Shown here: positions 50,342 to 58,195 of the stretch, one piece after another
Numbering within the stretch: position 1 is the first letter of the stretch
How the letters are laid out: the number at the start of each line of letters is the position of its first letter
From: Promethearchaeota archaeon
Lineage (GTDB): Archaea > Asgardarchaeota > Lokiarchaeia > Sigyniarchaeales > SOKP01
Length of the DNA: 64,000 nt
Direction: 5' to 3'
Assembly (NCBI GenBank): GCA_048940605.1
Contig: JBHLOJ010000001.1
Location: forward strand, 9,185 to 73,184
Notes under the pieces: model-generated
Told to the model about the DNA's origin: nothing
The model's database searches: none
The model's input: the letters and a program-made list of their open reading frames with translations, nothing else
Position numbers and translations under genes: made by a program

Positions 50342-51115
50342 CTAGACCACCCCCTCCACTTTTTTGTTTTCTGCCATGCTGTGTTGTAAAAAGGCATTTA
50401 AATCCTCTTGGAAGTCATTGTCCACTAGTACGTTAAAATATTTTACTAACAATAGCAATTTACATAAAAGCGATATGCCGAAACTCTTCATGTTAAATTC
50501 AAAAGTGCCTTGCTTGGATTTGAGTAAATCAAGTACAGTTGAGTTCTGGAGATCGGCTTGAAATTTTTTGTAAGAATCTTCAAAAAGGAGTTTTAGCTCT
50601 TCTTTGGTGGTCAATACTGGAGAAATTGGATTGTGAGGGGGAGATATGCCTTGAGAAGGAGTAGTACCACTGGTGGAAAGCACCCCTTCTTGAAGATTCT
50701 TGTGTGCCATTCCCTGATTTTTATCTATGGTAGTGTTTTCTGGAGTGGTTTCAATGCCATTTTTCTGAAGCTCGGAGAAGGTGTAGGTCTCCTCTAGGGG
50801 AACAATTACTTTAGGGTGATTTTTACAATAGAATGTTAAAGAGCGAATGGTAATTTGGCTCTCATGAGGATGAAGTATATTCTCAAGCGGAAAAAAAAGA
50901 GTAAAATAATGGGAATTATATTCAATATTTCTGTTATAAATCCTACATTGTTCTTTCACCTTCTTGAGAGGATCATTTATTAAACTAATTTCATAATTGA
51001 CAGTTACACTTTTCAGATGCTCAGGAGTGATATACTGGTCCTTATCTACTCCATTTCTTTCACAAAAAATCGAAATACCACTGTCTATATGAAACTTAAT
51101 ATTTAACACGTTCAT
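50342..51115 (-). CDS. Hypothetical protein (257 aa), first gene of the AEP operon
   Basis: ORF track entry. It has two domains joined by a low-complexity linker (TSGTTPSQGISPPHNPISP). No motif recognised. Confidence 0.65.
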   Translation of the reverse strand: MNVLNIKFHIDSGISIFCERNGVDKDQYITPEHLKSVTVNYEISLINDPLKKVKEQCRIYNRNIEYNSHYFTLFFPLENILHPHESQITIRSLTFYCKNHPKVIVPLEETYTFSELQKNGIETTPENTTIDKNQGMAHKNLQEGVLSTSGTTPSQGISPPHNPISPVLTTKEELKLLFEDSYKKFQADLQNSTVLDLLKSKQGTFEFNMKSFGISLLCKLLLLVKYFNVLVDNDFQEDLNAFLQHSMAENKKVEGVV

Positions 51116-51294
51116 TTTTTTTAACCTATGAATTGTAGCAATTATCTTAATTTCTTAAGATAGCTAAAATTCTAAAATTGGCTTTTTAAAGTACGAGAAT
51201 AATTTCTAATGAAGATGGTAACCCATTAAAAATAGAGAGAAGAAACTATAAGGTACCATACTGTAAAAGATTAAGAGATAAAAAGGAGGGGAGA

Positions 51295-51384
51295 ATGGCA
51301 CAGAGTCAAGAAAGAAAAATGAATTTGCTACAATTCATAACGCGCCACAAACCCCCCGTAGTTGAGTATAAAAATAGTGTATAG
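51295..51384 (+). CDS. Possible small ORF (29 aa) with a strong SD
   Basis: AAAAGGAGGGGAGA-ATG. Translation: MAQSQERKMNLLQFITRHKPPVVEYKNSV*. The patch is locally GC-richer in the divergent region upstream of the AEP operon. Confidence 0.2.
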   Translation: MAQSQERKMNLLQFITRHKPPVVEYKNSV

Positions 51385-51688
51385 GCATGATACGATCTCA
51401 TTCCCTAAGATAGAAAATAAATAATTAATGTTAGTATATCCATATAGTATTTATGGAGATATTTAAACTACGAAAGTTTGCCAGATTAGAAATTTGTTAT
51501 TTCAGTCCTATGTGGTTTAATTAAGTTAAAATAAAGAGTCAGTTTCTTTATCTATTATGAGAGAGACATATTTTAATAGAATTTCAATTGGTTATCTGAC
51601 TGGGTAGGATTTCCCAGATTCTTGAATTAAAGAAAAATCCTCCATTGGAATCACTGATTATGGAAATACTTACTACAAAATCATATTG

Positions 51689-52315
51689 ATGAGCAGAAAA
51701 ATGGCAGAATTATCTACGGAATATATTAAAGCTATTGAAAAGATAATCTTCAAGGGAGACGATATTGAGGATAGAACCGAACGACACGAATATATTCAGA
51801 AGAGCTTAGCTGAATTTTTTCGCTTATTAGACTTTGAGGTATTCATTGAATATCCTGTTGGATGTATTCATTTTGATCATACAAGCGACCATAACCGAGA
51901 TAGTCAATTTAGAGCCTACTTTGGTAAAGTAGATATATATGTTAAGGCTCCAAGTAAAATTGAAATCGCAATTGAGTTTGACAATGCTGCCACCTTAAAG
52001 CGATCTTCTATTCGAAAATTTTTGCAAAGTAAAGCTAATATTTGTATAGGTGTTATACAAGGTTCGATTTCTAAAAAAAAATCTAATCTTCCTTATGACC
52101 AGTTAATGAATAATAACGTGACCAAATTTAAACCAGTAATCGAGGAAACAATGTATTTTTATGATGTAATACAAGATCAGGAAAAACATCAATTTTTAAA
52201 AAGAAAAATTTTTTATCTAGGAATAATCAATCGGAAAATTTTTGAAGATATAACCCCATTTGTCTTAGACTTCATAAAAAAAAATAAAAGGGATTCATTT
52301 TATTATTCGCTCTAA
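51689..52315 (+). CDS. Hypothetical protein; possible PD-(D/E)xK-like nuclease fold
   Basis: The track ORF starts TTG-ATG, and I take the ATG at 51689. GKVDIYVKAPSKIEIAIEFDNAATLKRSSIRKF gives a loose D ... E-x-D/K arrangement only. Confidence 0.6.
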   Translation: MSRKMAELSTEYIKAIEKIIFKGDDIEDRTERHEYIQKSLAEFFRLLDFEVFIEYPVGCIHFDHTSDHNRDSQFRAYFGKVDIYVKAPSKIEIAIEFDNAATLKRSSIRKFLQSKANICIGVIQGSISKKKSNLPYDQLMNNNVTKFKPVIEETMYFYDVIQDQEKHQFLKRKIFYLGIINRKIFEDITPFVLDFIKKNKRDSFYYSL

Positions 52316-52429
52316 GTTTTATATAAAACTTGTCTAGGTTATCTATTTTATAATAAGAATAAGTCGGCAATATAACTGAAATCAATCTTTATTCTGGATA
52401 TAGTGAAAATTAGAAATTTGTTATTAACA

Positions 52430-53881
52430 TCATTTTTCGTGCCCACACCATATGCAGATATTTTGACCTATATCTAGAACAGCTCTTCCACAGTATGAAC
52501 ATCTCCAAAAACCAGGTATGGTTGGCTGCTTTAATCTCAGATTTTTAAGCTCCTCCTTTAATTGTAAGTACTTTCTCTCTAGTCCACTTGGGATAGTAGG
52601 AACACACCTAGGAAAATAATAACATTTAAGTCTAAAATCAATAAGTTTAAGGCAACTTAGAATAAATTTACTTTTTTCTTCATTAAACCGGTTAGAAATA
52701 TTCTCTAAAGCTTTTTTTAGAGTGGATAAATATTTCAAGTTATCTCTCGAAATCTTCGAAAAAAATATTTCGTCACGAGATGTGTCACGAGATGGAATGT
52801 GCAGCCTAATTATAAGATCATAAATTGAAGAAAAGTTTTTTTCATTCTCAGGAAGCCTTAGAATTTTAACTAAAATATCTTCCAGTAAAGTGGGAAACTG
52901 CACCAGACAAGATCCTAAAAGCTGAACCAGCATGTTAGATTCAGAAATGTGCTTAACAAGGTTCGTCGTTTCTAAAATAGTTTTTAATTCATTGGGACTG
53001 AAAATTTCTATATATCTTTGGTGGAGGAGATATTGAATTACAGAAGGATAACCGCTTTCGATCCTGAGCACAATCTCTTCTTTATAAACTTTTTTTGCTT
53101 TTGCATCTCCTGCTCTTGTCAATGCTCTTAGCAATGGAAATGAAACATTACTCATTAGAATCCTCGTGTCGTAGTCATACTCAACCCACGTTTGGATGTT
53201 TGAACAATGTCCCCAGAATTCCTGCTCTGGAGTAATATCATGGGTTTGGTTTGGTAAAGGTACAGCCTGTGGTCCTTCTACGATTCTATTTTGAAACAGA
53301 TGTTTATTATATAATTTAGCCGCTTCGTCTATAGACTCAACTTCGTCATATAGAGGGACTTCTTCCTTTGGAATGTCTAAAGCTAACCGAATACACTGGA
53401 GGAATCTCATTCCATCAACATAAATAAATGTTTTTCCATCTATTAGCTTGAGTGTGATATAAGGATTTATCTCTTTTTCAATTGAAATTACACGTTTCTT
53501 CCATCTATCAAGCTTTGAGTCTTGTTTTTGAGGTCTTAAAATTGGAAATTGAAAATCTTTTGGAAATAGTTCCATCTCCATTTTTAAAAGTTTTATTTCA
53601 TCTTCCATTACCTTTATTTCTCGTTCTCGATCGACCTTAGATCTCCTTATACTGAATCTTTCTTTCCGTTTCTGCTTAATCAAATCGTCAACATCATCGC
53701 CTGCTTCCTTCCGTTTATAGAGTATTTCTAATTCCTTTGATATCCTTAATGTCTCTTTATGATGTTCTTTTTGTTTTTGCCAACTCTTTTCACGATAATC
53801 ATCAAGGCGTTTGGACAACGTTCTATGTTCCTCCCAACGAATCTTTAATTCTTTAAGATCTTTCTTTTTCATTTCAACCAT
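52430..53881 (-). CDS. Coiled-coil protein with alpha-helical repeat region and C-terminal zinc ribbon
   Basis: The K/E-rich N-terminal ~130 aa suggest a coiled coil. The C-terminus is WRCSYCGRAVLDIGQNICIWCGHEK (CxxC...CxxC). Confidence 0.7.
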   Translation of the reverse strand: MVEMKKKDLKELKIRWEEHRTLSKRLDDYREKSWQKQKEHHKETLRISKELEILYKRKEAGDDVDDLIKQKRKERFSIRRSKVDREREIKVMEDEIKLLKMEMELFPKDFQFPILRPQKQDSKLDRWKKRVISIEKEINPYITLKLIDGKTFIYVDGMRFLQCIRLALDIPKEEVPLYDEVESIDEAAKLYNKHLFQNRIVEGPQAVPLPNQTHDITPEQEFWGHCSNIQTWVEYDYDTRILMSNVSFPLLRALTRAGDAKAKKVYKEEIVLRIESGYPSVIQYLLHQRYIEIFSPNELKTILETTNLVKHISESNMLVQLLGSCLVQFPTLLEDILVKILRLPENEKNFSSIYDLIIRLHIPSRDTSRDEIFFSKISRDNLKYLSTLKKALENISNRFNEEKSKFILSCLKLIDFRLKCYYFPRCVPTIPSGLERKYLQLKEELKNLRLKQPTIPGFWRCSYCGRAVLDIGQNICIWCGHEK

Positions 53882-54043
53882 TTATGGTTTTTGTTAATAT
53901 CCAAAATTTCTCTTTATTGATGATAGAAAATACAGTCTTCGCCAAAAGTGTATAGATTATTATATAAAATATAAAATGAGCTCTATTTAAAATTAATCAA
54001 CCCTTAATAAAACAAAGTTGAAAATACTTTTCATTCGTACTCT

Positions 54044-54499
54044 TTACTGATTGTCCATTTTTTTCCTTAGTAATGAAATGGCGATGGCACTGCTTACCTG
54101 CTGTTTCTGAATAAAGTCAATAAGGAGTTCATTGTCAATGGCGCTCACATCGATGTTCTCGACCACTTTCTCAATCTCATTCTCAATCTCGAGCACCTGC
54201 TTTTCGATTGCCTTCCCGATTTTCCGATGGATGCCCCACGTTCCCAAGAATCTCTGCTCTATAGGGTTAGTAGGGATGATAACTTTCTTGATTTTTTCGC
54301 GAACGGTCTTTCGCACTAAATCCGAGATGCTCTTATATTCGGTGAGGTCTACGTAATGCTGATATAATGCCAACTCTTCGGGAAGCATGCGGATGGTGAG
54401 GGTTTCGCCTTTCGGTTTTTTGGCATTCTCTTTTTCCAAGACCTCCTCCAGCTTCTCCAAGACCTCATCATCGATGGCCACAATATTTTTCACTACCAT
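54044..54499 (-). CDS. Hypothetical protein with a probable ribbon-helix-helix segment
   Basis: GETLTIRMLPEELALYQHYVDLTEYKSISDLVRKTVREKI fits beta-strand, helix, helix. Confidence 0.55.
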   Translation of the reverse strand: MVVKNIVAIDDEVLEKLEEVLEKENAKKPKGETLTIRMLPEELALYQHYVDLTEYKSISDLVRKTVREKIKKVIIPTNPIEQRFLGTWGIHRKIGKAIEKQVLEIENEIEKVVENIDVSAIDNELLIDFIQKQQVSSAIAISLLRKKMDNQ

Positions 54500-54609
54500 A
54501 GGAAATTATTTGGGTTTAAAAGATTTAAAATTTATCAGAGAATGAATTGCTTCAATTATTAAAAAAAAAGGTTAGGATTTCTTTAAATGTGTTCTATTGG
54601 TACTTAATT

Positions 54610-55581
54610 TCACGAATCTAAGGCTACAACAGCGCATTTTAAGGTCCCACCCGGAATATAAGGTGGAGTATGAGGACCACCAGCTATTTCCAGACCATAT
54701 AAATCTGCAGCAGCTTGTGCCCCACTCCACAGATAAAAATTATCGAAATCGTCACTATCTACACAAATTGGATTAATTTCATAATTATTAGAACTAGAAG
54801 CTGAACCCATAGCATAACCTTTATAAAGAACACGACATCCTGTCGGAGGAGTCCAAGAACCCCATAATATAAAAGTTGGTTCAAGTGCATAGCAAACAGC
54901 TGCAAATACAAGGTAGTCCATATAGAAAAATAATTCTGTAGGAAGATTTCCATGAAGTCTAAGCGGATAAAATGCTGGATTTGTGATTATGTCATCACCC
55001 CCAGGTTCAGGTGGTGGATCATATGTAAGTACTATAGGATCGGAAGGTGCCCCTGGGAGACCTGTATAAACACCTGCACAACCAAGTCCCCAGTATAAAA
55101 GAGTGGTTCCTTCAGGTGCTGTTCTGTTCCCCCAACGAATAAAAACACTTCCTCCCTGTGGCGTTGGGAGCGGATTATTGTTTACCAATATCCAGATTTC
55201 ATCCTTAACTACATTATTTAAGATATCAGTAGCTATCACAGTTAAATTATGCCACCCATCTAGAACCACACTTGAATTCCAAGTTAATGTTGAAGACGAT
55301 CCAATCTCAAATCCGTCGAAAAGGATTGAGAGAGAATAATCAGAACTTGCCCACACCATGACTCTAATAGTTATATTCCCTGATACCGTCTCCCCTTCGT
55401 CGGGATCTAATATTCCCACTTGTAATCCTACCATATCTAGACCGTCTTCTCCATCTTGTCCTGGAAGTCCTTGAGGGCCTTCTACTGTCTGAAAATTGAC
55501 CATTGAGTATGCTCCAATTCCTAATCCAGACGCCCCAATAATAAGTGCGATGATTCCAAATACTGAACTTTTATTTTCCAT
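54610..55581 (-). CDS. Membrane-anchored protein with a short collagen-like G-X-Y run, an Ig-like region and a bipartite C-terminal domain resembling collagen IV NC1 / spongin C4
   Basis: N-terminal TM: VFGIIALIIGASGLGIGAY. GPQGLPGQDGEDGLD gives 5 G-X-Y triplets (nt 55435-55479). The C-terminal 181 aa (nt 54613-55155) form two halves. One runs VFIRWGNRTAPEGTTLLYWG...FAAVCYA and the other FILWGSWTPPTGCRVLYKGYAMG...ICVD...LKCAVVAL. Confidence 0.7.
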   Translation of the reverse strand: MENKSSVFGIIALIIGASGLGIGAYSMVNFQTVEGPQGLPGQDGEDGLDMVGLQVGILDPDEGETVSGNITIRVMVWASSDYSLSILFDGFEIGSSSTLTWNSSVVLDGWHNLTVIATDILNNVVKDEIWILVNNNPLPTPQGGSVFIRWGNRTAPEGTTLLYWGLGCAGVYTGLPGAPSDPIVLTYDPPPEPGGDDIITNPAFYPLRLHGNLPTELFFYMDYLVFAAVCYALEPTFILWGSWTPPTGCRVLYKGYAMGSASSSNNYEINPICVDSDDFDNFYLWSGAQAAADLYGLEIAGGPHTPPYIPGGTLKCAVVALDS

Positions 55582-55898
55582 AATAATTTCACACCTCTAT
55601 TTTGTAAATAAAAATGATTATGATAAAAGTAGACTCTTTTGTATATAAACCTTTTAGGTCTGAAATTACACATTTAGATCATTCCAAAAGTAGAAAATTT
55701 TTCAAGTTGTGTCAGCACAAAATAGGAAAAATGTATAAACACTTTCACAAAACCATCAACCTAATATTTTATTTTAGACCGAATTTTTGTGTAACACCTT
55801 GAGTAATTGAGCATGATACTGAAGTGAGGGGTTCTTTTTTAGGGTTCAGGTGGCGAACGTTGCCTACTCTCGGATTGCCACATGAACGGCATTTTATT

Positions 55899-56214
55899 TA
55901 ATTAGGGGAATAAGTAATGTCATTCCTCTCATAGTGATATCATGCCAGTTACTTCTTTGACACCTTTTAGTTGTTTTTTACGTTAATTTCGATTATACCA
56001 ACACCTTGTTAGAAAATCGTATGAGTTTAAATAAGCCATTATATACTACTAATTAGGATTTCGAGATATCTCTATTATTCGATGGAAACATTTACCGCAT
56101 TGTGATGTTACACACAAATTATGGGTACCATCAATGACCTCAACGATAAATCATTACTGTCATCCCATTTTTATTGGTAATAGTTCTCATAAAACACAAT
56201 AATTCCCCTAATTA
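55899..56214. repeat. Perfect 13-nt inverted repeat pair bracketing ~290 nt of non-coding DNA
   Basis: TAATTAGGGGAAT lies at 55899-55911 and its exact reverse complement ATTCCCCTAATTA at 56202-56214. Confidence 0.4.
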
Positions 56215-56251
56215 CGAAGGTAAAAAAATAAGACAAAAAGTAGGATTGTAC

Positions 56252-56782
56252 GTGAGTTTAAATAAAAAAAAGTTAAAAGCGGCGGTCTTTATTGACCACT
56301 CTAATATTGCCTCACCGCTATTAGAACCTAATTGTAGAAAGCATGAACGGATTGATTATAAAAAGTTAAAGGACATCCTATTCCGAGGATATAGAGAAGG
56401 AATAGCCATCATGTTTTTGGGAGTGATGGATCCGATGAGAGCTGAAAAGGAAAAATTTATGAGATACTTAGAAAAAATCGAATTCGTGCTCATGCGGGTG
56501 CCTCTTATGAAAAGAAAGGACGGCACTCTTGAACAAAAACAGCTTGATATTTTAATGCATGAGATGATGGTATCTTATGCAGAAGCTAATGAGTTTGATG
56601 TCGCCATTCTGGTAAGCGGAGATGCTGATTTTGTGTTGTCAGTACAGATAATAAAGAACATGAATAAAGATGTAGTGGTATGGAGTTGGAAGCAATCCAT
56701 GTCGTTACAGTTATTAGAAGTAGTAGGAGAAGGTAATGTGTTTTATATTGACGATGTCTGGAACTCGATTCGGAAAGAATAA
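56252..56782 (+). CDS. NYN-domain (LabA/DUF88-like) protein
   Basis: AAVFIDHSNI...KQLDILMHEMMVSYAEANEFDVAILVSGDADFVLSVQIIKNMNKDVVVWSW follows the NYN/LabA pattern (FIDg.N ... D..l..D ... vLvSgDsDF.p.v..l...g..V). The track ORF starts at TTG 56174. I prefer GTG 56252, with AGGA 6 nt upstream, because 56174-56251 overlaps the inverted repeat. Confidence 0.7.
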   Translation: MSLNKKKLKAAVFIDHSNIASPLLEPNCRKHERIDYKKLKDILFRGYREGIAIMFLGVMDPMRAEKEKFMRYLEKIEFVLMRVPLMKRKDGTLEQKQLDILMHEMMVSYAEANEFDVAILVSGDADFVLSVQIIKNMNKDVVVWSWKQSMSLQLLEVVGEGNVFYIDDVWNSIRKE

Positions 56783-56837
56783 GCCAAAAAGCAATTTTAA
56801 ATTTATTAACATCTCTAAACTTAGGAGTTATTGCGTC

Positions 56838-57854
56838 TTAAAATTTCAGTAAAAGGGGAAAGCCACCAAAATATCTGGTGAAGTAAAGCCTTAATTCCTC
56901 ATCGTCCATTTTTCTATGGAGTACCCCGTTTTTTAACATATCGATAATAAAGAGAATAAGATCATGTTGTAAAGCAAGGAAATCTGTCTTAAACTTACCT
57001 TCTACTCTAAAATTCTTTGCTTCTTCAAAAAAATCGTTAGCTTTCTTAATACTAGTAACTATTGAACTAATATCGTTGAGTTTCCTCTCAATTTCGATGA
57101 TAGAAGTAGAACGGAATGTCTCCGAAAAATAAACGCATAGATAAAAACTAACCTTAAATATGGCTTTGGTTAATTCTGCCATAACCTTTTTAGTATCCTT
57201 TATTTCTTTCAAGCTTTTCTCTATATGGTATAACCCTCGCGCTAAAATGTCATCATAATCGAAGTCAAGGGTGGTAATATCAGGTAACTTCGCTCGGATA
57301 TCTTCTCCGTAGAGCAATTTTGAGTTTTCGGGATTTTTAAGTTCAAGAAGAGCCCATTCATGATTTGCTCCAGAAAAATCCTTAAACGTTTTCTTATTTT
57401 GATACATTTCAAGGGTATTATATCCGATAAATACTTGAAAGCCTTCCACATTTCGAGAATAAAATCGCTTATCCCACTTTTCTTTGGGAATATCCTCTAT
57501 TGATTTTACTATCAAAATCAGATCGATATCATTTTTTAACCACAGCTCAGGGAGATTCTTGTCAAAGAAACTACCGATTCCATATATCGCAATAAGATTA
57601 TCTGAATGAATCTCCACTAGCTGATTAATGAGGTTTTTTACCAGAAGATCTTCATCGATAACGATGTTATTTTTTTCTAATAGCCAGGTATCGATTAAAA
57701 AGGGCTGAATAATCGTCTTATCGGAAGAAAATTCCGAGTGGATTGTGGATTTTGGAATCCAATTCTCCCGCCCTGACCGGAACCTGATAAGTACTGCCTT
57801 TTCTGTTTCAACAATTATTCCGCCGTGTATTTTTGTTTGAACGGGTTTATTCAC
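56838..57854 (-). CDS. Pol-beta-superfamily nucleotidyltransferase (MNT/KNTase-like) with extra N-terminal domain and helical C-terminal domain
   Basis: LIAIYGIGSFFDKNLPELWLKNDIDLILIV matches the minimal NTase signature (hG.GS ... sDiDl.v.v). GTG start. Confidence 0.7.
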   Translation of the reverse strand: MNKPVQTKIHGGIIVETEKAVLIRFRSGRENWIPKSTIHSEFSSDKTIIQPFLIDTWLLEKNNIVIDEDLLVKNLINQLVEIHSDNLIAIYGIGSFFDKNLPELWLKNDIDLILIVKSIEDIPKEKWDKRFYSRNVEGFQVFIGYNTLEMYQNKKTFKDFSGANHEWALLELKNPENSKLLYGEDIRAKLPDITTLDFDYDDILARGLYHIEKSLKEIKDTKKVMAELTKAIFKVSFYLCVYFSETFRSTSIIEIERKLNDISSIVTSIKKANDFFEEAKNFRVEGKFKTDFLALQHDLILFIIDMLKNGVLHRKMDDEELRLYFTRYFGGFPLLLKF

Positions 57855-58080
57855 AGTAATCCTTTATTTGAGAAATTATGTCATAGTATTCTATTATTTA
57901 GCCTTATTTATATTTATTGTAATCCTGACTACATTCTTTACTAGAGAGGAGATTATTTTACATTTTTTATTTAAATAGGATGGATACCATAACTAGAGAT
58001 GACTCCTACCAGTTCTCCTGGATTTTTGTCTTTTGGTAGTGTGATACGTTGCACTGTTAACTTTATCTTCTTCTTTTCAA

Positions 58081-58101
58081 TGGATTTGACCTTGAAATAA
58101 G
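58081..58101 (+). repeat. Copy 1 of a perfect 21-nt direct repeat flanking the NosD-like gene
   Basis: TGGATTTGACCTTGAAATAAG, identical to 60482-60502. Confidence 0.8.
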
Positions 58102-58195
58102 GTCCTACTGGTAGGTGTCGCGTTTTCCAAAACTTTTATATAAGATTCTATATAATTTTCTACATGATTGTCTACACATTTTTGGCGAAAACAAT

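Noticed and set aside
50341-50397. First 19 codons of the track ORF 48043..50397 (MPFYNTAWQKTKKWRGWSR)
   Set aside because: They overlap the upstream gene 50342..51115 by 56 nt. Met-20 (ATG 50338-50340) sits 1 nt after that gene's stop, matching the tight spacing of the other operon junctions (11-nt gap, 14-nt overlap).
35087-52315. Calling the region a defined prophage or integrated plasmid
   Set aside because: No integrase, capsid, terminase or portal-like genes, att sites or tRNA target were recognised. The region is reported only as mobile-like gene content with open boundaries.
55614-55802. Listed 62-aa plus ORF in the gap after the collagen-like gene
   Set aside because: No RBS, no motif, and typical random AT-rich composition. 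It lies in a region that more likely holds promoter or repeat elements.
55830-55890. GC-richer patch (GGGTTCAGGTGGCGAACGTTGCCTACTCTCGGATTGCCACATGAACGGC) as a possible tRNA or ncRNA
   Set aside because: I could not fold it into acceptor, D, anticodon and T arms and found no conserved T-loop (GTTCRANNC). It remains unexplained but does not support an RNA gene call.
57962-58012. 50-nt similarity between 57962-58012 and 60931-60981, sharing an exact 16-mer ATTTTTTATTTAAATA
   Set aside because: Overall identity is only ~74%. An exact AT-only 16-mer is expected by chance a few times in 64 kb of this composition. Only the RCTCCTACC end of the match is reported, as a separate finding.
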